DNA of 64,000 nucleotides from an uncultured archaeon (GTDB lineage Archaea; Asgardarchaeota; Thorarchaeia; Thorarchaeales; Thorarchaeaceae), in contig CAYWJO010000013.1 of NCBI GenBank assembly GCA_964458565.1, forward strand, positions 1 to 64,000, in the 5' to 3' direction. Below are positions 1-10,135 of the stretch, in pieces. The notes under the pieces were generated by a model. The model did not search any database. It saw only the letters and a program-made list of their open reading frames with translations, and was not told where the DNA came from. The translations under genes were made by a program, and so were the position numbers. How positions within the stretch are numbered: position 1 is the stretch's first letter; every line of letters begins with the position of its first letter.

Positions 1-2
1 AC

Positions 3-284
3 AATTGTACTGGTGCACTGAATCTCTACATTCAGCACTCTCTTCAGACAGACGACTCACTTGATTGCGACATATATACAGATGCAATCAATGTGCATAT
101 CGACCTTCCCGAGGGACACTCTGGTGTTCTTAGACTTCTGAATGGGTATCCAAATATCGGGACTGTCTATAACGATGGATGGACTGAAGGATCGAATGAA
201 TACTGGATTGGAGAACGCCCTTCCTATCCTCGGGTCCTGATGTCAATAGGAGCAATCTATACTACAGTTTGGCTGTCCGCCTAG
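3..284 (+). CDS. 3' part of a hypothetical protein, truncated by the window start
   Basis: The frame of ORF 93..284 is open back to nt 3. The C-terminus loosely resembles that of the beta-repeat protein at 41623..42375. Confidence 0.6.
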   Translation, partial: NCTGALNLYIQHSLQTDDSLDCDIYTDAINVHIDLPEGHSGVLRLLNGYPNIGTVYNDGWTEGSNEYWIGERPSYPRVLMSIGAIYTTVWLSA

Positions 285-538
285 AACCAACTCAATTTGG
301 GTTAATTCCGACATCTCGGATGACGGCGTTCATATATTCTTTCCATCAGGATATTTAATTGTATAGTCTTTAATAAGTCAGAGAAAGCTTATTAGATGCA
401 TTCAACTCCATAACATCGATAATGTTTAGAATGGTTGGTTCTCAAATATGATGCAAGAAATAATCTTTCAAATCCAAATTATCAATAACGGAAAACCAGC
501 CGATATCAGTAGTAATAATTTAAATGGGGGTTTGAAAG

Positions 539-1084
539 ATTAGTAGTAATTATGATTTTTTATTCAAAATAGTTGTTCTCGGTGAAGGTGCAGTGGGAAA
601 AACAGCGATCGTCACGCGTTTCTCCCATGGATTCTTCCGTACAGATTACAAGACAACCATCGGTTCTCAATTTGCAGTGAAAAACATCGAAATCCCTTCA
701 ATTGACCGTTCTATGCTCACTGTAAAACTGCAGATCTGGGATGTTGCAGGCCAGTCCCGATTTCAGATTCTAAGACCAATGTACTATCGTGGAGCAAGTG
801 GCGGGCTTCTTGTATATGATGTTAGTCGCCGCAGGACATTTCTCGCTCTTGAGGAATGGCTTGATGAGCTGAGAAAAGCCATCAACAAGGACATTCCTCT
901 TGTACTCGTAGCTAACAAGACTGATCTTCCTGATCGTGTTGTCGAACCTTCAGAAGGTCACAAGTTTGCTAAAGATCGTAACATGCCGTATATTGAATCT
1001 TCAGCAAAGACAGGTCAAGGAATTGTTGACATCTTTGAAGAACTAGCCAAGACTCTCGTGAAGCAAAGAGAATCTCCTATGTAA
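539..1084 (+). CDS. Rab-like small GTPase (Ras superfamily)
   Basis: G1 GEGAVGKT, G2 TIG, G3 WDVAGQ, G4 NKTD, G5 SAK. The track start at 593 lies inside the P-loop. The frame extends to ATT at 539 (SSNYDFLFKIVVLGEGAVGKT), with TGA at 533-535 and GGGGGT at 526-531. Confidence 0.93.
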   Translation: MSSNYDFLFKIVVLGEGAVGKTAIVTRFSHGFFRTDYKTTIGSQFAVKNIEIPSIDRSMLTVKLQIWDVAGQSRFQILRPMYYRGASGGLLVYDVSRRRTFLALEEWLDELRKAINKDIPLVLVANKTDLPDRVVEPSEGHKFAKDRNMPYIESSAKTGQGIVDIFEELAKTLVKQRESPM

Positions 1085-1161
1085 AAATAACATCATTTTT
1101 CATGCCTTTGGATCACATAGAGTAAGGCATATCAGGAGCATATTCTAAACCATCTATTGCA

Positions 1162-1746
1162 ATGACCAAACCTGATGAGTACTATGCAGTTAACACGTTG
1201 CCTGCTCTTTCTTGGGCATTCGACCTATATTTCAAAAAGAAAGGACCATTCAAATCTACCGGAATCCTAGAAGCAATCCTTCCTGGTGGAAATCACAAAA
1301 GGTTCGGTGAGAAGGGTGGGCATGAGATATCTATTTGGATGTCAGATGACAGGAAGATATACGTTAAAGCAAAGTGTACTCATGATGCCAAATGTGAATT
1401 TAATAGTGAACGTATCGATGCGACTGACCGTGAGGGGTTGAAGACCATCGACTGGGATAAGATCAATGACCGTCGGTTCTTCCAAACTATGAGAAAGTGG
1501 CTCATGAAAATGAACCTTGACTTCAAACTCATTATCAGGGCTTTTGCCACAGTATGCGACAGAAAGGTTGAGATTCCACTTACGACTCAATATGGACGTA
1601 CATTTCAGAAATTTGACGAGTATAGGAAAAATCGATGGCCTGAGGAAACCACATCTGACAAACGCGATGATTTTCTTGAAGAAGTACTCGTGAGGGTTTG
1701 CTTTTGGATGATGACTGCCGCAGCTGTTGATGCAATAAAGGAATGA
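1162..1746 (+). CDS. Hypothetical protein
   Basis: 194-aa ATG ORF with normal composition, 9 nt upstream of the next gene. Confidence 0.75.
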   Translation: MTKPDEYYAVNTLPALSWAFDLYFKKKGPFKSTGILEAILPGGNHKRFGEKGGHEISIWMSDDRKIYVKAKCTHDAKCEFNSERIDATDREGLKTIDWDKINDRRFFQTMRKWLMKMNLDFKLIIRAFATVCDRKVEIPLTTQYGRTFQKFDEYRKNRWPEETTSDKRDDFLEEVLVRVCFWMMTAAAVDAIKE

Positions 1747-1755
1747 TGAATCGCC

Positions 1756-2886
1756 ATGAAGATAGGTCTCTTGGTGAATCCCATTGCGGGAATGGGTGGC
1801 AGAGTAGGTCTGAAAGGAACCGATGGTGTCGTCGAAGAAGCAATACGACGAGGTGCAAAACCTGTTGCTCCTGACCGTGCTAAAGAATATCTTGATGCAT
1901 TAAAGCGACTTGAACAGACAATGAACCTTACCTTCGAGCTTATCACCTGTCCTAATGAAATGGGCGCCAGAGTAACAACAGAATCTAATCTCCCTCACAA
2001 AGTTGTCACCGTCATGGTCAGTGGTTGGACTAGCTCTGATGACACTAAGAGGTGCACCGAAGCCTTGTACCACGAGGGTGTGCGGCTCTTGGTCTTTGTT
2101 GGCGGTGATGGTACTGCCAGAGATATACTTGATGCAGTTCAGGAATACAATCTTGAGGACCTTATGGTATTGGGTGTACCTTCAGGTGTTAAGATGTATA
2201 GTGGTATCTTCGTTGTGAATCCACGCGATGCAGCTGAAGTTGTTCGTTTAGTTTCAGAGGGCAGAACAACACCTTCCGAATTTGAAATCATGGATGCTGA
2301 TGAAGAAGCCATCCGAGAAGATCGCTTCATAATCAAACTCTATGGCTATCTGAAGGGTCCATCCGTTCCAGCACGGTTTCAAGGCACAAAACAGGCGAGT
2401 CCTGAAACAATCGATGAACATCAGGCTCAAGAGGCCATAGCACGTTTTATCATCGAGGAGATCAACCTCGATGAATACTATATTCTTGGTCCAGGTACAA
2501 CTGTTCGAAAAATCACTGAGTTGTTAGATCTGGAAAAGACCACCCTTGGAGTTGATGTGCTTCATAATGGGCAAATCCACAAAGATCTAAATGAGTCCAA
2601 AATCCTTGAGTTCATTGCGGATTTCGACAAGGCATGGATAGTTGTATCACCAATTGGGCATCAAGGGATGCTCTTTGGAAGAGGGAATCAACAGATTAGT
2701 CCCCGAATCATTGAGCGTGTTGGTAGAGACCATATCAGAGTTATCTGCACACCAGCAAAACTTAGGGACATTGAGGGAGGAACCCTGAAGGTAGACACAG
2801 GTGATTCTGAAATCGACGAACTCCTAAGAGGCAGAATCAAGGTCATAACTGACTATAATGAGATGCGTTTGGTGAAGATTGAATAA
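1756..2886 (+). CDS. ATP-NAD kinase-like family protein
   Basis: N-terminal NPIAGMGGRVGLKGTDG, GGDGT motif, GVKMYSG, GRGNQQ. Confidence 0.85.
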   Translation: MKIGLLVNPIAGMGGRVGLKGTDGVVEEAIRRGAKPVAPDRAKEYLDALKRLEQTMNLTFELITCPNEMGARVTTESNLPHKVVTVMVSGWTSSDDTKRCTEALYHEGVRLLVFVGGDGTARDILDAVQEYNLEDLMVLGVPSGVKMYSGIFVVNPRDAAEVVRLVSEGRTTPSEFEIMDADEEAIREDRFIIKLYGYLKGPSVPARFQGTKQASPETIDEHQAQEAIARFIIEEINLDEYYILGPGTTVRKITELLDLEKTTLGVDVLHNGQIHKDLNESKILEFIADFDKAWIVVSPIGHQGMLFGRGNQQISPRIIERVGRDHIRVICTPAKLRDIEGGTLKVDTGDSEIDELLRGRIKVITDYNEMRLVKIE

Positions 2887-2940
2887 GGTGCCTAAGACTT
2901 TTTCAACGCTCATGTTCCTCTGGTTCAAGGGTGCATAACT

Positions 2941-3672
2941 TTGATAGTGCTATTGACGGATTTTGGGCAGTCTGAATATGTTGGCATGATGAAAGGAGTA
3001 ATTCATTCAATTAACGCATCAGAGACCATCGTGGACTTGACTCATGATATCTCTCCTCAGCTGGTGAGAGAAGGTGCTTGGGTACTACTTAGAAGTTACA
3101 GATATTTTCCAATGGGAACAATCTTTGTCACTGTTATAGACCCAGGCGTTGGGACTGAAAGAGACCCCGTCCTAGTGAAAACAAATAATTACATTTTCAT
3201 CGGTCCGGATAATGGCGTCTTATACCCCACTGCCCATTCTGATGGCATCCAACAGATCTTCAAGATTGACATCGGAATTCCAGATTCCGAAACTTTCCAT
3301 GGTCGGGACGTGTTCGCAAAATTTGCAGCATTCTATGCTATTGGCAGACATGACGAATACATTGGTGAGGTCAAAAAACAGCTGGATGTGAGGTTGAATT
3401 TTCACCTTGACGGACGAACTGGAGAGATTGTTCGAAAAGACAGATTCGGAAATCTCATCACGAATTTAATTACTCTCGATAAAGAGAGTTACTCTTTATC
3501 ACATGAGAAACTATCTCGTGAGATAGGTTGGTTTTCAACATACAAATATGGGCCCTCTGATGATGTTTTTCTTGTAACAGGTAGTGCTGGAACACTCGAG
3601 TTCTCATGGAGAAATGGTCGTGCTGCTGATGTTCTTCCTTTCGAAATTGGAGAGCATATAACAATAGAATAG
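2941..3672 (+). CDS. SAM hydroxide adenosyltransferase (DUF62, chlorinase/fluorinase family)
   Basis: LLTDFG, VIDPGVGTER, GPDNG, TFHGRDVF, DRFGN motifs. Confidence 0.9.
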   Translation: MIVLLTDFGQSEYVGMMKGVIHSINASETIVDLTHDISPQLVREGAWVLLRSYRYFPMGTIFVTVIDPGVGTERDPVLVKTNNYIFIGPDNGVLYPTAHSDGIQQIFKIDIGIPDSETFHGRDVFAKFAAFYAIGRHDEYIGEVKKQLDVRLNFHLDGRTGEIVRKDRFGNLITNLITLDKESYSLSHEKLSREIGWFSTYKYGPSDDVFLVTGSAGTLEFSWRNGRAADVLPFEIGEHITIE

Positions 3673-3675
3673 TTC

Positions 3676-4401
3676 CTACTTAATGCCCGGAAAATATACA
3701 CATCGCTCTCTCTCACAATCGCGATTCTTCTCCCACTGTTTGCATGAATTATGTGGTGGGGATTGACCTAAATCAATACCTACTTCCCTAAGAATCTCAA
3801 TGGCCGCAGTCACTCCGTAGAATGTTGATCTCTTACAGCATCTCACTAGGTGGTCCTGTACCAAATTAATACCTCTTTGAGTAGCACGATGTGCAAGCTC
3901 TCTTTCTTCAGGAGTTTTTGGCGTAGAACCTAGAAATACAGCAATTGCTACCCCCGCACCAACACAAGCTCCGCACGTCCCCGCATATCCACAGAAACCC
4001 CCAGGTATTTTTGATCCTCTTCTAATTCCCTCAAGAATGTCCTCAAGAGAAACGACGCCACCTTTTGGTTTCTCTATTTTTTTATTCTTTAAAGAAAGAA
4101 GAATTGCCGCCGGAACAAGGCTATGATGTTCAGGACCATGGAAATTGAAACTAGGATGACTATACGCCAGATTGATAATATCAACTGGGTCAGTCAGGTC
4201 TTCTCTCTCACCCATTTTGCGAAGGAACTCTAGTGCATCGCTGGAATGGCAGGAATCACATACATAATGTCCGTTTGGGCATGATATGGGTGCAGGCTCT
4301 TCAATCCCACAATATGTGCATAGTTGTTCGTTTGCGTTATCTCCGTAAACCAGCGTTTGTCCGCAAATCATACATGCAAACTCATGCCTTTTATCAGTCA
4401 A
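3676..4401 (-). CDS. Cys-rich metal-binding protein (DUF5714-like)
   Basis: N-terminal CxxC clusters and GHYVCDSCH, then HGPEHH, PGGFCGYAGTCGAC, RCCKR. Confidence 0.8.
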   Translation of the reverse strand: MTDKRHEFACMICGQTLVYGDNANEQLCTYCGIEEPAPISCPNGHYVCDSCHSSDALEFLRKMGEREDLTDPVDIINLAYSHPSFNFHGPEHHSLVPAAILLSLKNKKIEKPKGGVVSLEDILEGIRRGSKIPGGFCGYAGTCGACVGAGVAIAVFLGSTPKTPEERELAHRATQRGINLVQDHLVRCCKRSTFYGVTAAIEILREVGIDLGQSPPHNSCKQWEKNRDCERERCVYFPGIK

Positions 4402-4510
4402 GTTTTACACCATCTTTCAGGTAGCTATGAGTCTTCTTAAGAGTCTAGTTCTGGCAACTATGTTTATTGCGAATCATGCCCTGAAAAGCATCCTTTTAGT
4501 ATAGTATTGC

Positions 4511-5065
4511 TTGACGAGATTCATGAAGTTCTCAATCACGGACAGTCCATTTGGCCATTTTGGAATTATATTCAAAGGTGTAGATGGCGTTGACAAACTG
4601 CAGAGATTTCTATTGCCTGGAGATAAAGACTCAATCCTATCTAAGATAAAGAATGACTATCCAACATCCCATGAGTCGACTGATAGTATGAAAGATCTGA
4701 TTGAGCTTGTTGTAAAATACTTGAATGGAGAAAAAATCACAATTTCCATGGATTTCGTTGACGAATCCATATGCTCGCGATTTCAGCTCCGTGTTTTTAA
4801 TGCAGAGAGAACAATTCCATATGGAAAGACTGCGACTTATAGCTGGTTAGCTCGAGAAACTGGAACGGGATCTGCCAGAGCTGTAGGGAGTGCGCTCGCA
4901 AAAAACCCATTCCCCCTCATAGTACCCTGTCATAGAGCAATTCGTGCCGATAGGTCGGTTGGTGGATTCCAGGGTGGAGGTCGAATGAAACGTGCTTTTC
5001 TGATAATGGAAGGTGTCCGTTTTGACGATATCGCCCGAGTTGTCGAGGAAGACATATTGAGATGA
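4511..5065 (+). CDS. ogt: Methylated-DNA--protein-cysteine methyltransferase
   Basis: IPYGKTATY, ARAVGSALAKNP, active-site PCHR. Confidence 0.92.
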   Translation: MTRFMKFSITDSPFGHFGIIFKGVDGVDKLQRFLLPGDKDSILSKIKNDYPTSHESTDSMKDLIELVVKYLNGEKITISMDFVDESICSRFQLRVFNAERTIPYGKTATYSWLARETGTGSARAVGSALAKNPFPLIVPCHRAIRADRSVGGFQGGGRMKRAFLIMEGVRFDDIARVVEEDILR

Positions 5066-5078
5066 GCTGGTATCACTT

Positions 5079-6044
5079 TCAATATTCGATTCGACTGAAT
5101 GCTACATCTAACATTGACTTGTATCCATCCCAATCAGCAATTCTTTGAATTAGTTCATTGAGACCATAATCTACCATGGATTTGATTTCATAAACCAAAC
5201 CAGATTCAATGTATATTAGAGGTTGGCGTCCAAATTGGAAGAGCATTCTTTCCCTTATACTACTGTCTAATGTTCTTGGATATGATTTCAGAAGTGATTT
5301 CAGAAATTCAATACCCTCTCCAAGGAATAGAAGATCTACTGCAGGATCATAGAGTCTGGTTTCTTCAAAGTCAATAATCCCTGTGACTTTGAGTGTACTC
5401 GGGTTAACAAGAATGTTTGACGTATCAAAATCACCATGAATAACACAGGGTTTGAATTCAAAATTCTCAGAGTTTTCAAGAAAATCAGTAAACAAGGACT
5501 CTGTCCAGTATATGGCATCACTCCAAAGGAGTGGATAAACAAAATCCTGTAAACGCGAATAGAATTGGGACCATTCCTTGTGATATAATTCTGGAGTGAA
5601 CTTGGAATGATTCTTCATTATTTCCCTAATCTTATCTGAGTGAAGCACTTCAAGAAAGGATGCAATTTGCACAGCAAGAGATTCTCTCTCTCTGGTACTA
5701 GTGTCGTTATAGCAGGTGTTGAGAGAAATTCCTGGGATTTTCCGATACCCGATTATCGGAATATCTGAGTCCAAATCAATAAATTCTGGATTAGGTATCT
5801 GGACGAATAGATGATTTCTAAGAACATTCAAAGTCTTGATTTCATTGAGAAGCAATTCTCTAGATTCACGCTTTGGAATATTTGAACTCGCAAATCTGAA
5901 AATATATTCTCCATTTACGATGAACACATTGTATGTGCCATGGTAATGAAACTCTATTTCTACTTCCTTCTCTGGAAAGAATCTCTCTAAGGCAAATTTC
6001 GCCTCGGAGATTGAGATATCTGGCGGATTGTTCTCTTCATACAT
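5079..6044 (-). CDS. Aminoglycoside phosphotransferase / choline kinase family protein
   Basis: HGDFxxxN and IIDFE kinase motifs. ATG at 6044 preferred over GTG at 6104. Confidence 0.85.
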   Translation of the reverse strand: MYEENNPPDISISEAKFALERFFPEKEVEIEFHYHGTYNVFIVNGEYIFRFASSNIPKRESRELLLNEIKTLNVLRNHLFVQIPNPEFIDLDSDIPIIGYRKIPGISLNTCYNDTSTRERESLAVQIASFLEVLHSDKIREIMKNHSKFTPELYHKEWSQFYSRLQDFVYPLLWSDAIYWTESLFTDFLENSENFEFKPCVIHGDFDTSNILVNPSTLKVTGIIDFEETRLYDPAVDLLFLGEGIEFLKSLLKSYPRTLDSSIRERMLFQFGRQPLIYIESGLVYEIKSMVDYGLNELIQRIADWDGYKSMLDVAFSRIEY

Positions 6045-6142
6045 CGCATATCGAATTGATTCAGCTACAAATGTAAATCTTACCAACTCTTCAAACACCC
6101 ACACTGATATACCTAAATAATTGGGTGAGCTGCCTGTATACC

Positions 6143-7357
6143 ATGTCCCTCATAGTTGTCATTGGTGGAAGCGGAGTTGTAGGAAGTGTTGCTGTCAGAA
6201 CATTAGCACGAATCGGTGAGTTCTCAGAAGTTGTCATTGCTGATATCAATCCTGCAGTAGCTGGGGATATTACTTCCGAATTCGAAGGTGTAGGAGTTAC
6301 TGCTATTCATCTAGATGCTACAAATTCCAAAGATCTAAAGGCCACTATCAAGGACGCTAAGGTTGTTTTGAACTGTAGTGGTCCATTTTACAAACTAGCT
6401 CCTACTGTATTGAAATCAGTCATAGAATCGGGAATTAACTATGTGGATATTTGTGACGATTATGATGCAACTGTTAAATTACTTGAGATGCAAGAGCCTG
6501 CAAAACACGCTGGAGTATCTGCACTGATTGGAATGGGTAGTTCTCCTGGTGTTTCAAATCTTCTAGCTCGTTTATGTGCAGATATGATGCTTGATGAGGT
6601 TGAATCTATTGATATACTCCATGCTCATGGGGGTGAACCTTCTGAAGGTGCAGCTGTTGTTGCACATCGTATCCATAGCATGACTTCACCAATTCCAATG
6701 TTTCTGGATGGTAAGTACGTAATGGTAGATTACTTCAGAGAGAGCGGAATAGCACTTCAAGCTGAACATGATTTCCATAATATTGGTACCTATAGATGCT
6801 ATCCCTATCCTCATCCAGAGACTTTGACTCTCCCCCAGAATATTGATTGCAGAAGAGTGACAAATCTTGGTTGTGTTCTTCCACCCGAATATTATGACCT
6901 TACTCGTGAGATCGTAAGATTGGGACTCACAAGTGAGAAATCAATCACTGTGAAAGGGCAGAGCATTTCTCCGATAGACTTTGCAATCGCTTATATCATT
7001 CAAGAGCGAAAGCGAATTTTGAAGGAAACTAATTTTGGAGTCCAACGTGGTTGTCTCAAGATATCTATCAAGGGGCTTGTTGAAGGAACACCCCACCGAT
7101 TTGACTTCTCCCTCTCTTCAGTTGGGGAAAGCATGGGTGAAGGTACAGGAATTCCTGCAGCGTTTGGTGCTATTTTAATGAACCGAAGTAAGATTACTGA
7201 GAAGGGTGTTATACCTCCTGAGGTTGGTGTGAATCCGCTTGATTTTCTAGGTCTGATGCAAGAAACTTTGGGCCTTGATGGTGCGACTTCAGAAGGGTCT
7301 CCACTGATTATCGAATCGATTGATCATCAAGGAAATGTTGAAAGAGTTGAATTATGA
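6143..7357 (+). CDS. Saccharopine dehydrogenase-family NAD(P)-dependent oxidoreductase
   Basis: GGSGVVG Rossmann motif, NCSGPFY, YVDICDD, GMGSSPG, HPE, GTGIP. Confidence 0.88.
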   Translation: MSLIVVIGGSGVVGSVAVRTLARIGEFSEVVIADINPAVAGDITSEFEGVGVTAIHLDATNSKDLKATIKDAKVVLNCSGPFYKLAPTVLKSVIESGINYVDICDDYDATVKLLEMQEPAKHAGVSALIGMGSSPGVSNLLARLCADMMLDEVESIDILHAHGGEPSEGAAVVAHRIHSMTSPIPMFLDGKYVMVDYFRESGIALQAEHDFHNIGTYRCYPYPHPETLTLPQNIDCRRVTNLGCVLPPEYYDLTREIVRLGLTSEKSITVKGQSISPIDFAIAYIIQERKRILKETNFGVQRGCLKISIKGLVEGTPHRFDFSLSSVGESMGEGTGIPAAFGAILMNRSKITEKGVIPPEVGVNPLDFLGLMQETLGLDGATSEGSPLIIESIDHQGNVERVEL

Positions 7358-7389
7358 AGTTTATATGGTGGATTGCTCCTATAGTATGA

Positions 7390-8982
7390 ATGGGAGTGGA
7401 GATGACGCCGGAATCAGAAGAACCCAAGTATTTCCTTGCTGTAGATCATGGCACCTCTGGAATGAAAGTCGCCATTACAGATACATGTGGTGAGATTATT
7501 GCTTTCGACTTTGAAAAGACCCCTGTGTATCTCTTTGATGGTGGTGGTGCAGAACAAGATCCTGATGATTGGTGGAATGCTCTTGTTAAATGTTCAAGAC
7601 GTCTCATTGAAGCGAATCATGTGTCAGTGGATGATATTGTAGCAATGTGTACCTCAAGTCAATGGTCTGGTACTGTAGTTGTGGACTCTGATGGAAACCA
7701 TCTGATGAATGCCATAATATGGATGGATTCGAGAGGCGCACCTTACATTAAGAAGGCTCTCAAAGGTATCATCAATATCCAAGGATATGGCCTGCTTAAC
7801 TTACTCAAATGGCTGAGAACAACCGCCGGTATTCCGGCAGGGAGTGGAAAGGATCCAATAGCACATATCCTCTACATAAAGCACGAGCATCCTGATATTT
7901 ACAACAAAGCCCACATGTTTCTTGAGCCAAAGGACTATTTGAACCTCCGACTCACAGGTGAATTTGCTGCATCCTATGACTCCATCATGCTACACTGGGT
8001 GACCAATACAAGAGATATCGCAAATATTCACTATGACAACAGTCTCATTAAGAAGCTTGGTCTTGATGGAGCGAAGCTTCCTCCATTGAAGCGTGCAATC
8101 GATGTATTAGGCACAGTCAAACCTTCAGTAGCCGCTGAGTTTGGTCTCAATAATGAAACAAAAGTAGTAATGGGGTCTCCAGACTTGCATTCTGCCATCA
8201 TGGGTTCCGGAGCAGTCCAAGACTATGAGGGCCATATTTACATTGGAACAAGCAGCTGGGTCATATGTCATGTGCCTTTCAAAAAGACCGATATCTCTCA
8301 TAATATGGCATCGTTGCCATCAGCGATTCCTGGACGGTATTTTGTAGCCAACGAACAGGAGTCTGCGGGGGCTTGTTTGACTTATTTGCGTGATAATATC
8401 TTCTATACTGAAGACGAAGAACAGCACGGGAAATATGAGGTGTATCAAGAATTCGATAAGATTGTTGAGAAATCACCAGCTGGAAGTAATGGATTGATAT
8501 TTACACCATGGCTTTATGGAGAACGTACACCAATAGAGGATCATACAGTCAGAGGTGGATTCCATAATCTCTCTCTGGAGGTAAGGAGAGCGGACATCAT
8601 TCGTTCTGTTTTCGAAGGCGTTGCATTCAACAGTCGATGGTTGTTTGAGCTCGTTGAGAAATTCATCAAGAGAAGAATGGATCCTGTCAATATTATTGGT
8701 GGAGGCGCACAATCCAATGTCTGGTGTCAAATCTATGCTGATGTCTTGAATAGAACAATACGGCAAGTTAAAGATCCCATAATGGCAAATGCTCGCGGTG
8801 CGGCATTTATCGCAGCAACAGCTCTTGGTTTCTGTACAATTGATAATATTCCTGAAATGACACAGTTCTCCAGGATCTTCCAACCCAACCCTGAGAATTG
8901 CAAGATATACGACACTCTCTATAAAGAGTTCTTGAACATCTATAAGAATAATAAGACAATGTATCAACGACTCAATAAGTAA
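7390..8982 (+). CDS. FGGY-family carbohydrate kinase (xylulokinase-like)
   Basis: AVDHGTSGMK, EQDPDDWW, IWMDSR, GTSS, GERTP, GGGAQS. Confidence 0.9.
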   Translation: MGVEMTPESEEPKYFLAVDHGTSGMKVAITDTCGEIIAFDFEKTPVYLFDGGGAEQDPDDWWNALVKCSRRLIEANHVSVDDIVAMCTSSQWSGTVVVDSDGNHLMNAIIWMDSRGAPYIKKALKGIINIQGYGLLNLLKWLRTTAGIPAGSGKDPIAHILYIKHEHPDIYNKAHMFLEPKDYLNLRLTGEFAASYDSIMLHWVTNTRDIANIHYDNSLIKKLGLDGAKLPPLKRAIDVLGTVKPSVAAEFGLNNETKVVMGSPDLHSAIMGSGAVQDYEGHIYIGTSSWVICHVPFKKTDISHNMASLPSAIPGRYFVANEQESAGACLTYLRDNIFYTEDEEQHGKYEVYQEFDKIVEKSPAGSNGLIFTPWLYGERTPIEDHTVRGGFHNLSLEVRRADIIRSVFEGVAFNSRWLFELVEKFIKRRMDPVNIIGGGAQSNVWCQIYADVLNRTIRQVKDPIMANARGAAFIAATALGFCTIDNIPEMTQFSRIFQPNPENCKIYDTLYKEFLNIYKNNKTMYQRLNK

Positions 8983-9008
8983 GAGAAAATTGTCAGAGGT
9001 GAATACAG

Positions 9009-9521
9009 ATGACTGACCCACGGTTTTCCTTTGAGCTCGTTGAGAAATATGTTAGGAATCGAACATTTGGAGTCCTGACCACAATAGACCGGAAAGGAAG
9101 ACCACACTCAACAGGTATCCTATACGGTGTTTCCCCTCCCGAGTCCAGGTTTGCCTTATTCATACTCACAGGAAACGATTATGTGAAGACAAAGAATGTT
9201 CAAAGAAATCCCAATGTGTCTTTAATCATTACATATCCCCATCATTATCTGAGATTTGTTCCTGACAACTATGTTATGTTTCGAGGGACCGCTGAGCTTG
9301 TTCCATTTGATGATGAGGATGGAACGTGGGCATTTCAACAAAAACGAATATTGCGGATGAATGAGGATACTGATCCAACTGAGGGCGGAGGATTTGTATT
9401 CATCAAAATAACTCCTGAACCAAAAGTATTCTGTTACGGTATAGGATTCGGACTCATGGAGTTACGAAAGGCGCACACTGAAGGAAGTTACAGTGTGATG
9501 ATTCCTGAAAAAAGATTATGA
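9009..9521 (+). CDS. Pyridoxamine 5'-phosphate oxidase-like flavin/F420-binding protein
   Basis: GVLTTIDRKGRPH and KTKNVQRNPNVSL split-barrel motifs. Confidence 0.8.
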   Translation: MTDPRFSFELVEKYVRNRTFGVLTTIDRKGRPHSTGILYGVSPPESRFALFILTGNDYVKTKNVQRNPNVSLIITYPHHYLRFVPDNYVMFRGTAELVPFDDEDGTWAFQQKRILRMNEDTDPTEGGGFVFIKITPEPKVFCYGIGFGLMELRKAHTEGSYSVMIPEKRL

Positions 9522-9531
9522 TTTGACCTCG

Positions 9532-10119
9532 TTAGACTTGGCTTTTTGATCTCCTATTTTTCCGTAGAAAAACATATGCACAGAGAGCAATGGGCAATGC
9601 GGATGCGGCAAAGCCCCCAACAAGAAGGAGCCATGACGGAATTCGAAACAGAAATGAGCGAAGCACAGTAATTGGTATATCTCTGGAAAATGTTAAGGTT
9701 CTATATGTCGAATCTGTGGTGATGACCTCTACGTATCCATAGAGTATCTGTCCCTCTTGGATATCAAACGGAAGTGGGTCACCAACTGAATGCGCAAAAA
9801 AGAAACCACTAGAACCATTTGCTGGCATAAGTTCTGGGTCATAGTTGCGATGAATGGCTAGTATGAATGTAACATTGTCAAGCGATAGAAAAAGTTTCTC
9901 TTCCACGATTCGTTCTGAACCATCAAGTGAGTAGTTGTAGTAGATATCCACGAACAGGTCTGATCCGTTATTGACTTCTGTTAGTTTAACTTCAGATATC
10001 CAGATTGGCACCTCATTATTCTGTTGTTTCAGGTTCATATTGGGATTTGATGAACTGCCCATTACTGAGGTAGTATTTATGATTCCCACCAGGAATAAAA
10101 GAACAATGATTCGATTCAT
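9532..10119 (-). CDS. Secreted single-pass membrane protein of unknown function
   Basis: Signal peptide, C-terminal TM helix with basic tail. Paralog of the adjacent split gene. Confidence 0.8.
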   Translation of the reverse strand: MNRIIVLLFLVGIINTTSVMGSSSNPNMNLKQQNNEVPIWISEVKLTEVNNGSDLFVDIYYNYSLDGSERIVEEKLFLSLDNVTFILAIHRNYDPELMPANGSSGFFFAHSVGDPLPFDIQEGQILYGYVEVITTDSTYRTLTFSRDIPITVLRSFLFRIPSWLLLVGGFAASALPIALCAYVFLRKNRRSKSQV

Positions 10120-10135
10120 CCTCTTCTCATCCTAA

